Part shown: positions 1 to 9,734 of the stretch, in pieces
Position numbering within the stretch: the first letter of the stretch is position 1
Layout of the letters: each line of letters starts with the position of its first letter
Assembly (NCBI GenBank): GCA_021650915.1
Contig: CP091279.1
Location: 1,230,001-1,262,000, forward strand
DNA from: Candidatus Brocadia sp.
GTDB taxonomy: Bacteria > Planctomycetota > Brocadiia > Brocadiales > Brocadiaceae
DNA length: 32,000 nucleotides
Reading direction: 5' to 3'
The notes under the pieces: model-generated
Database searches by the model: none
What the model was told of the DNA's origin: nothing
The model's input: only the letters and a program-made list of their open reading frames with translations
Program-made: the position numbers and the translations under genes

Positions 1-1268
1 TGGGCGCCACGGTGAAACCCACCGCTACCCGCGAATACGGAAGAACGGCCTGTACCGTCAACCACGAAAGCAAGCTCTTCAAAACCATGGCCAAAGAGAC
101 CACTGTCTGGATGAGCCATGGCGATCAGGTGGTTGAATTGTCCGCGGACTTCGAGTCGCTTGCATTCACCCAAAGCTGTCCTTATGCCGCAGTAAAACAT
201 AAAAAGAAGACATTCTATGGGGTACAATTCCATCCCGAAGTTACGCACACGCCACAGGGCGGCCAGATCATTCGGAATTTTTTGTATGAAATCTGTGGTT
301 GTGCCGGCGACTGGGAGATGCATTCATATATAGAACATGCCTTGCCCGACATCCGCCGGCAGGTCGGGGAAGGAAGGGTGGTATGCGGGCTCTCCGGCGG
401 GGTCGATTCAGCAGTGACGGCAGCCCTCATCTATAAGGCCATAGGCAATCACCTGTCCTGTATCTTTGTTGATAACGGTCTTTTAAGGAACAATGAGGCC
501 GAAGAGGTTGTTAAAACGTTTAAAGAGAATTTTACGGTAGATCTGCATGCCATTGATGCGCGGGAGCGGTTTCTTGATAAATTGAAAGGCGTAACCGATC
601 CGGAAAAAAAACGCAAGATCATTGGTCACGAATTTATCGAAGTTTTCAAGGAAGAGGCAAAGAAGATATCCCAGGCAAAATTCCTGGCACAGGGCACGCT
701 CTATCCTGATGTCATTGAGAGCATCCCCGCACACGGGGGCCCGACCGTAGTTATTAAGAGTCATCACAACGTGGGGGGACTACCGGCAGAGTTAGGCTTT
801 GAATTAATTGAACCCCTGCGGTTTTTATTTAAGGATGAGGTGCGAAAGATCGGGGAAGAACTCGGATTACCGGAAGAGCTGGTCTGGCGTCATCCCTTTC
901 CCGGCCCGGGACTCGCCATCCGGATTATTGGCGAGGTGACCAAGCCCCGTTTGGAAATCCTTCGCAATGCCGACCGGATTGTTATCGGAGAAATCCACAA
1001 GGCAGGGCTCTATCGTTCCATTGCCCAGTGTTTTGCCGTACTCCTTCCCCTCAGCACGGTGGGGGTCATGGGAGACGAAAGGAGCTATGAAAACGTTATC
1101 GCCGTCCGCGCCGTGGAGACAACCGATTTTATGACCGCGGACTGGTGCCGCATCCCCCACGAGGTTATGGGCATTATTTCCAGCCGGATTATTAACGAGA
1201 TCAAGGGAGTTAATCGGGTCGTTTACGATATTAGCACAAAGCCGCCCAGCACGATCGAATGGGAATAG
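1..1268 (+). CDS. guaA: GMP synthase (glutamine-hydrolysing), 5' end truncated by window edge
   Basis: Frame 3 is open from the window edge. The translation shows the end of the GATase domain ([15 protein letters not shown]), the ATP-pyrophosphatase P-loop [10 protein letters not shown], and the typical C-terminus KPPSTIEWE. Confidence 0.9.
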   Translation, partial: GATVKPTATREYGRTACTVNHESKLFKTMAKETTVWMSHGDQVVELSADFESLAFTQSCPYAAVKHKKKTFYGVQFHPEVTHTPQGGQIIRNFLYEICGCAGDWEMHSYIEHALPDIRRQVGEGRVVCGLSGGVDSAVTAALIYKAIGNHLSCIFVDNGLLRNNEAEEVVKTFKENFTVDLHAIDARERFLDKLKGVTDPEKKRKIIGHEFIEVFKEEAKKISQAKFLAQGTLYPDVIESIPAHGGPTVVIKSHHNVGGLPAELGFELIEPLRFLFKDEVRKIGEELGLPEELVWRHPFPGPGLAIRIIGEVTKPRLEILRNADRIVIGEIHKAGLYRSIAQCFAVLLPLSTVGVMGDERSYENVIAVRAVETTDFMTADWCRIPHEVMGIISSRIINEIKGVNRVVYDISTKPPSTIEWE

Positions 1269-1353
1269 CTGCGTTGATGTATCCGTTTTTGTGCCTTGCA
1301 ATAAGCTGAATATGCGCAATACATAGAAACCCTTTTTAATAAGGAGCCTGGGA

Positions 1354-2016
1354 ATGAAATGTCCGCATTGTTTAGAATCATTCCACGACTTTTATGAAGT
1401 AATACCCGTGGGCAACGATGCAAATGGCGATTGGGGCGTTATTAGCAGAAAATGCCCGTCCTGTGAACGGGTAGTATTGGTGTTGGGGAGCGGGAAAATC
1501 GGCAGCATCGGAGGACGCCACGTCCTTGAGTACATCAGGGATGAGCGTCTCATTTATCCCAGGGCGCCCAGTCGTGCGCCGCTCTCAAAGGAAGTCCCCG
1601 AGGTATTTGCAAGCGAGTATCGGGAGGCCTGTACCGTGCTGACAGACAGCCCAAAGGCAAGCGCGGCGCTGAGCCGCCGGTGTCTGCAGCACCTGCTGCG
1701 GGAAAGAGCGCAGGTTAGGCCGTCCAATCTTGCAGATGAAATTCAGCAAGTAATCGGTGACGGGACGTTGCCGGTATACATCGCAGAGTCGATTGATGAC
1801 GTCCGGAATATTGGCAATTTTGCAACCTACCCGATCAAGAGCGAAAGGCCGGGCGAGATTGTAGACGTTGAGCCAGGCGAGGCCGACTGGAATCTCGATG
1901 TGCTGGAGGCGCTCTTTAATTTTTATTTTGTCCAGCCAGCAATCATAAAGAAGAAACGGGAAATCCTGAGTCTCAAACTGAAGGAAGCTGATAAAAAAGG
2001 AGCAAAGAGGGGTTAA
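1354..2016 (+). CDS. Zinc-ribbon plus DUF4145-like domain protein (hypothetical)
   Basis: AAGGAG RBS upstream of the ATG. The N-terminus has CPHC...CPSC (4-Cys ribbon). The C-terminal half (EYREACTVL..ASAALSRRCLQHLLRE...DDVRNIGNFA...EADWNLDVLEALFNFYF) matches my recollection of the DUF4145 pattern. Domain assignment is from memory, not a search. Confidence 0.5.
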   Translation: MKCPHCLESFHDFYEVIPVGNDANGDWGVISRKCPSCERVVLVLGSGKIGSIGGRHVLEYIRDERLIYPRAPSRAPLSKEVPEVFASEYREACTVLTDSPKASAALSRRCLQHLLRERAQVRPSNLADEIQQVIGDGTLPVYIAESIDDVRNIGNFATYPIKSERPGEIVDVEPGEADWNLDVLEALFNFYFVQPAIIKKKREILSLKLKEADKKGAKRG

Positions 2017-2101
2017 CTCCTCGATCCCAGTCTTTCAGCGCGTTTCAGGGTAATGTCTGCAACCAGTATATCCGTTTTCTCTTTTCCCGGGAGCGTATCT
2101 G

Positions 2102-3199
2102 TTAAAATACCCGATAGTACAGATCCCGCTGTCTTGCCGTGTATCCAAGGTCGTTGATAAGGAATTCAATTTCATCTTTGCCCATCTGATAGCTGACTCC
2201 GGCCGCCCGAACGACATTTTCTTCAATCATGGTGCTGCCCATGTCGTTGGCGCCACATTTCAAAGAGAGCTGCGCAATTTTAGCCCCCTGGGTTACCCAC
2301 GATGCCTGAATGTTGGAAATATTGTCCAGGTAGAGACGCGCTACGGCAAGGGTTTTCAGGTAATCATAACTCCCGATGAGTCCCATGTCCTGATATTGCG
2401 AAGAGAGGAAAGGATCCAACTGGGTATTCCTCGGCTGGAATGTCCAGGCAATAAAGGCAGTGAAACCGCCCGTTTCATCCTGGACGCCTCGGATCTTTTC
2501 GAGGTGTTCGATGCGTTCTTCTATGGTTTCGATGTGCCCAAACATCATGGTTGCCGTGGTGCGCATGCCAAGCTTATGCGCCTCGCGCATGACGTCAAGC
2601 CATTCCTGCGCCGTGCACTTGTTTGGACTCAGAAGACTGCGGCACCGGTCGACCAGGATTTCAGCGCCACCGCCAGGAATCGAGTCGAGTCCGGCGTCCT
2701 TAAGCCTTTCTATGACGTCACGAACAGGAATACCCTGCAATTTCGAGAAATGCACAATCTCCGGCGGAGAAAAGGCATGGATATGGACGGCAAATTCCTT
2801 CTTTATGGACATCAGAAGGTCCGTGTAAAAATCCAGGATTAACGACGGATGCAGCCCGCCCTGCATGAGGATTTGCCGCCCTCCCAGGGACAAGGTTTCT
2901 TCAATCTTTTTAAACAAGGCATCCCGGGGAATGACGTAGCCGTCACGGTGTTCTGACGTCTTATAAAAGGCGCAGAATTTACAACCCGACGTACAGATAT
3001 TGGTGTAATTTATATTTCGGTCGATGATGTACGTACGGTAATTTTCCGGATGCTTCCTCTTACAAACTTCATCCGCCGCTATCCCAAGAATGGTAATGTC
3101 CTTGACCGAAAAGAGCCTTATACCCTCCTCCGGAGAGAGTCTCTTGCCATGAATCGATTTTTCGATGATTTCTTCGATCTCACAGGATATCGTATCCAT
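2102..3199 (-). CDS. mqnC: Radical-SAM menaquinone (futalosine pathway) enzyme, MqnC-like (MqnC vs MqnE not resolvable by eye)
   Basis: 365 aa with the radical-SAM cluster motif CTSGCKFCAF. MMFGHIETIEERIEHL and DETGGFTAFIAWTFQP are typical of the CofH/MqnC/MqnE clade. It lies next to mqnA. Confidence 0.65.
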   Translation of the reverse strand: MDTISCEIEEIIEKSIHGKRLSPEEGIRLFSVKDITILGIAADEVCKRKHPENYRTYIIDRNINYTNICTSGCKFCAFYKTSEHRDGYVIPRDALFKKIEETLSLGGRQILMQGGLHPSLILDFYTDLLMSIKKEFAVHIHAFSPPEIVHFSKLQGIPVRDVIERLKDAGLDSIPGGGAEILVDRCRSLLSPNKCTAQEWLDVMREAHKLGMRTTATMMFGHIETIEERIEHLEKIRGVQDETGGFTAFIAWTFQPRNTQLDPFLSSQYQDMGLIGSYDYLKTLAVARLYLDNISNIQASWVTQGAKIAQLSLKCGANDMGSTMIEENVVRAAGVSYQMGKDEIEFLINDLGYTARQRDLYYRVF

Positions 3200-3314
3200 A
3201 GTGTCTCATAAAAAATATTTTGAAATTTTTGCCAAAAGGTGAATAGACATAACCCTGACAGGGTTGACTCATTTTTCCGGCCCGTTCGGGTTGAGTTCTT
3301 AATAAAATTCCAAC

Positions 3315-4109
3315 TCAGGTATCGTTAAAAACAATCTCCGCCCCTCCGGGCGCGAGTCCCAGAGCCGCCGCATACCGGTAAAATGCCTGAAGCCCTTGTA
3401 TCTCTTCTGCGCCCAGATTATACCGAATCGAGTTGGTAAGATAGCGCAAACATCTCTCCGGCGTTAGCTGAAGACGCCGGGATTCAATGGCTGCCAGATC
3501 CTGAACAGCCTGCATCCCCCCTTCCTTCGCATCTTTCAACAACTTGTTTATGCCCGGTATCCGGCTATCCTTCTTTACAACCCATACGGCATAGACAAAG
3601 GGAAGGCCGGTATATTCATACCAAGCCTGGCCCAAATCCACCGTGAAGTATCCGTTGTCAGAGACCTTCATGGCATTATCGCCAATAACGAGGACGGCGT
3701 CTGCATCTGCCTGTGAAATATCATCGTGCTTATCCCATTGGGTATACTGAGGTGACAGGTGGTATCTTTCATGCAGGATAATTTTCGTGAGTGCACAGGA
3801 GGTTAAGGAACTTTTGTCCAGCGCCGCGGTGCGTATCTGCTGAATCGGCACCCGGGAAAATATCTTTACGCTCTCAACGGCTTCATACGAGGAGATGCAA
3901 ATGTCAGGGATGATGGCATACCTGCCGCTTCTGAAATACTCAATGGAGGGGATAATGGCCGCATCGATCTGATCCTGCTTCAGCATGGCTGGCAGGAGGG
4001 AAGGCACTTCGAACGATAACTCAATCGAACCCGGGTGTTGATTTAACCTGTAAATCAATGGTTTGGCGTTCATGTAGGGAACAACGCCAATTCTGATTTT
4101 TTTTGCCAT
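3315..4109 (-). CDS. mqnA: Chorismate dehydratase MqnA (futalosine pathway)
   Basis: 264 aa. The N-terminus KIRIGVVPYMNAKPLIY and the periplasmic-binding-protein-like fold pattern are typical of MqnA. It is adjacent to the MqnC-like gene on the same strand. Confidence 0.8.
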   Translation of the reverse strand: MAKKIRIGVVPYMNAKPLIYRLNQHPGSIELSFEVPSLLPAMLKQDQIDAAIIPSIEYFRSGRYAIIPDICISSYEAVESVKIFSRVPIQQIRTAALDKSSLTSCALTKIILHERYHLSPQYTQWDKHDDISQADADAVLVIGDNAMKVSDNGYFTVDLGQAWYEYTGLPFVYAVWVVKKDSRIPGINKLLKDAKEGGMQAVQDLAAIESRRLQLTPERCLRYLTNSIRYNLGAEEIQGLQAFYRYAAALGLAPGGAEIVFNDT

Positions 4110-4260
4110 GACGCCTGAATACTCTTGCCTAAATACGGTTTCTTTTATAAACTATGGTATTATAAATTTTCATAGTGTATTGTATATGACTTTTCTGAGT
4201 TCTTCAATAAAGAATTGTGGCACGGACCGTGCGCCGCTCTGTAAGGAAAGGGAAAATGGC

Positions 4261-5013
4261 ATGAAGAATAGATTCTGTCAGACTGGTTCATTGAAAGGGT
4301 TTATTGCATGGTTAGGCATTGCACTTATCACCGGTAGTGTTGCCATACAGAACCCCGTCAATGCCGAGGGCCAGACAAAATACAGCCGGGATTTTTTTGA
4401 TACAGGCGAGCTCATAAAGATGAAAGACCCCCTGGCCAGTATGCTCGGTGCTATGGATAAAGGCGACGTGTTTGTTTACACCTATGCCGATGCGGTAAAA
4501 TTTGCAGGACACTCCTGTCCGGCAGTTGCCGGTGCCTATAAGTCGACACAAATGGCGCTGAAGGCCTTATACGGCAATGAAATACCGGTGCGGGGAAATA
4601 TCAGGGTCACTTTTAAAGGAGGTGTTGACTATAAGGTAAACGGGCCGATATCACAGATAGTAACCATGATAACCGGGGCAGCTGCGGAAAGCGGATTCAG
4701 GGGATTCGGTCCGGCAGGAAAACATGAGAGGCGCAATTTGATGACGTTTGATCAGGAACACACCCCTGAACCTATCGCAACCTGCGCCATGACATTCCAA
4801 AGGACCGACACCGGAAAAAAGGCGGAAATAATGTATTGCGTTGACCATGTGCCAAGCAATGAACGCATGGATAAGCTCATCCCCCTCGCGCTTTCCGGCA
4901 AGGCTTCGGAAGATGAATTGAAGGAATTTGGCAACTTGTGGCAGGAACGGGTAAAAACCATACTTCTCAACCCGCCTGAAGGCGCCTTTATCGTTAAAGA
5001 AGTGAAAGAATAA
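4261..5013 (+). CDS. Secreted FmdE-like domain protein (hypothetical)
   Basis: I prefer the internal ATG at 4261 (GGAAAGGGAAAA upstream) over the ORF-track start at 4108. The signal-peptide-like N-terminus is MKNRF..FIAWLGIALITGSVAIQNPVNAEG. FAGHSCPAVAGAYKSTQMALKAL resembles the HGHxCPG core of FmdE-family proteins. Confidence 0.45.
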   Translation: MKNRFCQTGSLKGFIAWLGIALITGSVAIQNPVNAEGQTKYSRDFFDTGELIKMKDPLASMLGAMDKGDVFVYTYADAVKFAGHSCPAVAGAYKSTQMALKALYGNEIPVRGNIRVTFKGGVDYKVNGPISQIVTMITGAAAESGFRGFGPAGKHERRNLMTFDQEHTPEPIATCAMTFQRTDTGKKAEIMYCVDHVPSNERMDKLIPLALSGKASEDELKEFGNLWQERVKTILLNPPEGAFIVKEVKE

Positions 5014-5063
5014 GTACCGAAGCTCCGCGTTGAAACGCCGGAGTGAAGCTAGAATGCAGGTGA

Positions 5064-5252
5064 ATGCCTATGCCGTTTTATCATGACGACGGATCGGAAA
5101 TCAACCCGGATTTAGTGCCAAAACCGAGCCTTTGTGTGACCTGTAGAAGGAATGATGATCCAGGGGAGGAGATTCTCTGTATCCTGACCCGGGCAGATCA
5201 ACAGGAACAGTCTGAATTTCAATGTTTTGCCTACACGCCCAGGAAAAAGTAA
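5064..5252 (+). CDS. Small cysteine-containing hypothetical protein (62 aa)
   Basis: Intact ORF in an otherwise empty spacer. It has a CxxC (CVTC) plus two further Cys. No recognisable family and no strong RBS seen. Confidence 0.35.
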   Translation: MPMPFYHDDGSEINPDLVPKPSLCVTCRRNDDPGEEILCILTRADQQEQSEFQCFAYTPRKK

Positions 5253-5303
5253 CGGCTGTGTGGCTTCATTGTTAACTTTGCAATTTCTTCGCAGGTAAGA
5301 CAA

Positions 5304-5813
5304 GTGCTGAAAAGAGCAATGCAAATACCGATTCCGAGAACGCTTCTTGCAGGATTGGCTGGTGGTGCGGTGCTGAATCTTGTGATGGTGTTTACGTTTC
5401 GCTTGGTTGGGTTTGGATGGAACGGAGGTGGAATACTCCTCAATCCTTCCGTACAAAGCCAGAAACTCATTACGGTATGGACCAGGATGGAGCCATTGCC
5501 ACTAGTGGTTACTCGTCCGGCACCAATTATCACAGGGCTTATGCTCTTTGGTATGGGGCACGCCGTTATCTATCGATGGCTTTCCCCATCATGGCCTCCC
5601 GGTTGTATGGCGAGGGCAATCAGGCTGGCCGCGCTTATCTTTTTCCTCTCTTTTGTATTCTGGGAATTTTTTACCCCGTTTAACCAGTTTGGCGAGCCGT
5701 TTCTTCTTATCGCGCTCGAACTGGTGTTTTGGGCAATCATAGCCCTTTCTGAGGCGTGCACCATCGCCTGTATCCTGGAAGTACGAACAACACACACGCG
5801 CACAAGTGATTGA
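5304..5813 (+). CDS. Integral membrane hypothetical protein
   Basis: 169 aa with about 4 hydrophobic segments. The start is uncertain (GTG 5304 or ATG 5319). Confidence 0.5.
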   Translation: MLKRAMQIPIPRTLLAGLAGGAVLNLVMVFTFRLVGFGWNGGGILLNPSVQSQKLITVWTRMEPLPLVVTRPAPIITGLMLFGMGHAVIYRWLSPSWPPGCMARAIRLAALIFFLSFVFWEFFTPFNQFGEPFLLIALELVFWAIIALSEACTIACILEVRTTHTRTSD

Positions 5814-5881
5814 AAATATCGTACTGCTGATTATCATTACGATACCCTCATGCCGGTAATTTTCAACAGGAGGTTACATCG

Positions 5882-6835
5882 ATGAAGAGGCTATTGGTAA
5901 CTATGGTTATTTCGCTGATTTGCTTATCCACTGTCCGATATGCCCATGCACAGCAGGAGCAGAAATTTCCCCTTTCGAATGCGCCGGGTAATTTGAGCAT
6001 ATCGGAAACCCGTAAATCGGAAGGCACTCAGCAGCACATCTCGTCGTATGCCTTTGAATATGCAGCCCCCTTTCTTTGTGGTATACAAACAGATCAGGGA
6101 AATACCAGGCTTGCAAGGGGATGTTACCTAACGTCAATAACGATACGTAATCCAAATGATACCGAAGTAAAGTATTCTAAAAATCTCGTGTTGACATATC
6201 CGTCGGGAGAGCAAACGATGGGTAAGGGAATGCCGTTGGGTGAGGATGTCCTGAAGGCCGGTGATGCGCGAGATATAACGGGAGAGGAGATTCAGCAGGG
6301 GTTGTTTCCTAACGGATTCCCGGCATCGTATCTGAAAGGGTTGTTTGTTATCCGGAGTATGGAGAGTCTGGACGTTTCCGCACTCTACGAAACTGCAACA
6401 ATCAGTGCGGAAAACAAGATTGAAGCCCTTCTGGGTATAGAGGTAAAAGCGATTCATGAGCGGAAAATCAGACAGCAGAACCTCCCTGACCTCATCATCC
6501 GGGACTATGACGTAAGCCAGCTCGATGTTAATTGCTATGATTGGTCGGAAACCTGCGTTACCAAGGTGACCTTTACGATTGAAAATACCGGAACTAAAGA
6601 TGCCGGATCGTTCCTGGTCAGGGTGGTATTTGATCCCATACAGTCTGTGGTCGTCAACCTGGGGGTTGTGGGCCTGGATGCCGGTATGTCACAGGTATTT
6701 ACCGTCAAAACTCCCCCGGGAGGAAATTGCTTTGATCCGGACTGTACAGTATGCGTCCTGATCGATAGCGAAAGCCGGATTGCCGAATTGGATGAGGACA
6801 ATAATTACCGTTGCATTAACAAGTTAGAAAAATAA
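5882..6835 (+). CDS. Secreted protein with C-terminal CARDB-like domain
   Basis: GGAGG RBS. Signal peptide MKRLLVTMVISLICLSTVRYAHA. The C-terminal segment LPDLIIRD..VTFTIENTGTKDAGSFLVRVVFD...AELDEDNN fits the CARDB pattern (PDL..., N.G...A, E.nE.NN). Confidence 0.65.
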   Translation: MKRLLVTMVISLICLSTVRYAHAQQEQKFPLSNAPGNLSISETRKSEGTQQHISSYAFEYAAPFLCGIQTDQGNTRLARGCYLTSITIRNPNDTEVKYSKNLVLTYPSGEQTMGKGMPLGEDVLKAGDARDITGEEIQQGLFPNGFPASYLKGLFVIRSMESLDVSALYETATISAENKIEALLGIEVKAIHERKIRQQNLPDLIIRDYDVSQLDVNCYDWSETCVTKVTFTIENTGTKDAGSFLVRVVFDPIQSVVVNLGVVGLDAGMSQVFTVKTPPGGNCFDPDCTVCVLIDSESRIAELDEDNNYRCINKLEK

Positions 6836-6967
6836 CTCCGTCAGGGTTGAAAACCCTGGCAGAGATGGTTCGTGGCGGTGGTAAAAAGCCGCGCAGAGAA
6901 AGGCCGGTTTTCATACCGTCACGTGTGAAAGAATATTTTTAAAATCAGGCACAAGGAGACTGAGAAC

Positions 6968-7726
6968 ATGAAGTATTTTAAGGGAACTATCTATGGATTT
7001 CCTGCGTCACTGCTGCTTGCCGCCGTATTGCTGCCAGGCGTTTTGGCGAATAGTTTACCGTCGCATACCGAGCTCAGGGAAGCCTTAAAGACGGTGGTAA
7101 AAGAGGAGAATGGCGGCTTTGGTTTTCAGATGTGGGCAACGGTGGTAGACCGCGACGGCGCCGTGAAAGCAGTGGCATTTTCCGGAAAGGACCGGGGAGA
7201 CCAGTGGCCAGGCAGCCGGGTTATTTCAGCCCAAAAGGCCAACACCGCAAATGCGTTTAGCCTGCCGGGGTTTGCACTGTCAACCGCAAACCTCTTTTCG
7301 GCGGTGCAACCGGGCGGGAGCCTCTTTGGGCTGCAGGAGAGCAATCCTGTTTCTCCGGAAATCGCATATCAGGGTCCATCAGAAAAGATTGGCACGGAAA
7401 AAGACCCCATGGTAGGCCATAAGATAGGCGGAATTAATGTCTTTGGCGGCGGGCTGGCGCTCTACAACAACGAGGGACGGCTGCTTGGAGCGCTGGGGGT
7501 GAGCGGCGACAGCTCGTGCGCAGACCACAATATCGCATGGAAGATACGACACCGGTTGCAACTGGATTACGTTCCTGCCGGCGTTAGCCCAACAAAGGAC
7601 GATAACATTGTCTATGATATAAACGCTGGCGTGAGCGCCAGTGGCTGGGGACATCCGCAATGCTCCCCGGAGGCGGCCCGCATTGCGCAGGAGTTGCCTA
7701 AAACACATCCGGTAAGAAAGAAATAA
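6968..7726 (+). CDS. Secreted GlcG/HbpS-like (DUF336) haem-binding-family protein
   Basis: AAGGAG RBS and a signal peptide. The motifs VVDRDGAVKAV, ISAQKANTANAFS and GGGLALYNNEGRLLGALGVSGDSSCADHNIAW are typical of DUF336/GlcG. Confidence 0.7.
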   Translation: MKYFKGTIYGFPASLLLAAVLLPGVLANSLPSHTELREALKTVVKEENGGFGFQMWATVVDRDGAVKAVAFSGKDRGDQWPGSRVISAQKANTANAFSLPGFALSTANLFSAVQPGGSLFGLQESNPVSPEIAYQGPSEKIGTEKDPMVGHKIGGINVFGGGLALYNNEGRLLGALGVSGDSSCADHNIAWKIRHRLQLDYVPAGVSPTKDDNIVYDINAGVSASGWGHPQCSPEAARIAQELPKTHPVRKK

Positions 7727-8080
7727 TGTCACCCATTATCTGCTGCATGCGTTTCAACGCCCATTCCTTTATGGCACGCGACAACGAGGGACGAAGGACG
7801 AGAGACGAGAGACGCGAAATCGAATGCCTTTGCAGCATGTTTTAACGGATGTTCACCCCAAGCAAACCACGTAAGTATTTAATATATTGGTAGTTAGTGT
7901 TTGAACGGAAACCTCCCAGAGCCCTGTAAAGTAAGGAGAAGCTGGTGAAAAATGTTCATGAAAGTCATTGAATTTTTTCGGGTAAAAGGGTAAAATATGG
8001 CGAAAATGAAGGGATTCTGGGTATAAAGAGTCCAAATATTCGGTTCATTAACCCACTAGCCAAAGGACATTCGATAGAAG

Positions 8081-9544
8081 ATGAGAAAGAGATTTGAGCA
8101 GCAATTGAAGCTTGGCATCATACCCATTTCAGGGGTAAAACTGCCAATAAAGAGTCGAGATGAGCTACCACCGATACTGAGGGCGTTGCAACATATCTAT
8201 GTTACACCGGAGTTGAACGAGGAGGTATTCCGGATATTAGAGGCGAAGGTAACGAAGGGGAAGAAAAAGACGGGAAGATATGGGATGGATTTATGGCATA
8301 TTTTGGTGTTGTCGGTGGTAAGATTAGGGTTAGATGCCGATTATGACAGGTTGGAGGATTTTGCCAACCATCACAAACTTATCAGGCAGATAATGGGGGT
8401 TGAGACGGCATTTGGAGAGGCGAAGGTTTTTTCGATGCAGAGCATCAAGGACAATATAAGATTGTTGGATGAGGAGACCCTCAGGCAGATAAATGAAGTG
8501 GTGATATCATCGGGGCATCAGTTGGTTAAAAAAAAGGACGAAGGACTGTGTATTAAGGTGGATACGTATGTGTTAGAGACGAATGTACACTTTCCGACCG
8601 ATATGAATTTATTGTGGGATGCGGGACGCAAGAGTCTGGACATGATAGAGGATGCAATAGAGGAAGGCATCCTGGCGGGGAAAGGATGGCGCAAGAGCAA
8701 ATATTGGAGGAGAGAGTTAAAAAAGCTGATGAGGATAAGCGCAAAGGCGTCAAGCAGCGGGGGGAAAAACAAGGAAGAGCATGTGAGGAGTTACTTGGAA
8801 TTATCGAGGGGTTTGAGTGAAAAGATAGGAGCGAGTCTGTTAGCCATCTACGAAAAGGTGCTAACGACGAACCAGGTAGACAAGCATGCAGGGAAAATAG
8901 GGACACTGGAGTATTTTCACGGGATGTTGAATAAACAGATAGACCTGGTGGAGAGAAGGGTGATCCGGGATGAGGTAATACCGGCGGCAGAAAAGGTTCA
9001 TTCGTTGTTTGAGCCGCATACGGAGTGGCTGTACAAAGGCAAGTCAAACAAAAGGGTAGAGTTGGGACATAATATTCTGGTAGCAAGCGATCAGTGGGGT
9101 TTCATCGTGGACCATGTGGTAGGAGAAAAACAGGCGGATGTATCGTTGGTAATTCCATTGGCAGATAGGTTGTTGAGCCGTTACGGAGAAGGCACAATAA
9201 AGAGTATAAGTTTTGATAAAGGTTTTTACAAGAAAGAGAATAAAGAGTTGCTGAGTTTGTATATACCAGAGGTAATCCTTCCCAAGAAGGGCAAGAAGAA
9301 TAAGGCGGAACAGGAAGAGGAATCGGGTAAGACATTTAAGAAGCTAAGGCACAAGCACTCGGCGGTAGAATCGGATATCAATCGTTTGGAGCATCACGGC
9401 TTGGATAGGTGTCCGGACAAAGGGCTGCATGCCTTTAAAAGATATTGTGCAATGGGCGTGTTAGCTGCGAATTTGCACAAGCTGGGAAACGTGCTGCAGG
9501 AGAAGGCACGGAAGCAGTGCGAAAAGTTGCGAAAAGCCGCCTAA
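8081..9544 (+). CDS. DDE transposase of IS-A (IS4/IS5 superfamily; resembles proteins I recall annotated as ISNCY family, family call low confidence)
   Basis: 487-aa intact ORF. The N-terminal pattern is KSRDELPPILRALQHIYVTPELN..GMDLWHILVL..RLGLDADYDRLE. It sits between the IS-A inverted repeats. Confidence 0.8.
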   Translation: MRKRFEQQLKLGIIPISGVKLPIKSRDELPPILRALQHIYVTPELNEEVFRILEAKVTKGKKKTGRYGMDLWHILVLSVVRLGLDADYDRLEDFANHHKLIRQIMGVETAFGEAKVFSMQSIKDNIRLLDEETLRQINEVVISSGHQLVKKKDEGLCIKVDTYVLETNVHFPTDMNLLWDAGRKSLDMIEDAIEEGILAGKGWRKSKYWRRELKKLMRISAKASSSGGKNKEEHVRSYLELSRGLSEKIGASLLAIYEKVLTTNQVDKHAGKIGTLEYFHGMLNKQIDLVERRVIRDEVIPAAEKVHSLFEPHTEWLYKGKSNKRVELGHNILVASDQWGFIVDHVVGEKQADVSLVIPLADRLLSRYGEGTIKSISFDKGFYKKENKELLSLYIPEVILPKKGKKNKAEQEEESGKTFKKLRHKHSAVESDINRLEHHGLDRCPDKGLHAFKRYCAMGVLAANLHKLGNVLQEKARKQCEKLRKAA

Positions 9545-9709
9545 GCAAGCAAAAAACACGAAGAAAAACAGTCTGCCGGGAGGCAGGTACGCCCAGACAA
9601 GGCTAAAATAAAGGGGAAAACAAGGGAAATATGTAAAAGAACAGTATTTTTGCCAAAAACCCTAATCTCAAATCTTAAAATTATCTATTGGTAAATAGAA
9701 AATCGACCT

Positions 9710-9734
9710 CGCACTTTTACAAAAAGTGCGTTTT
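9710..9734 (+). terminator. Hairpin plus T-run downstream of the IS-A transposase
   Basis: CGCACTTTT-ACA-AAAAGTGCG followed by TTTT. It overlaps the start of the right IR. Confidence 0.5.

Noticed and set aside
2396-2842. Plus-strand ORFs of 148 and 122 aa antisense to the mqnC-like gene.
   Set aside because: They are fully embedded in a well-supported radical-SAM gene on the other strand and have no family resemblance.
3224-3243. A sigma-54 promoter (TGGCA...TTCAA on the minus strand) upstream of mqnC.
   Set aside because: The GG-N10-GC spacing and the -12 TTGC element are not met. There is only a superficial TGGCA match.
4108-4260. Upstream extensions of ORF-track starts (4108 for the FmdE-like gene; likewise 20016 for Uma2 and 24721 for hemB).
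   Set aside because: The extensions encode non-conserved, odd-composition leaders. In the first case the extension overlaps the divergent mqnA start. Internal ATGs with Shine-Dalgarno-like sequences give N-termini that match the family, or a signal peptide.
7782-7818. A purine-rich low-complexity run GACAACGAGGGACGAAGGACGAGAGACGAGAGACGCG just outside the IS nest, considered as a possible tandem repeat or IS end.
   Set aside because: There is only a loose GACGAGA iteration, no partner at the other side of the nest, and it is not part of the inverted repeats. I treat it as simple low complexity.
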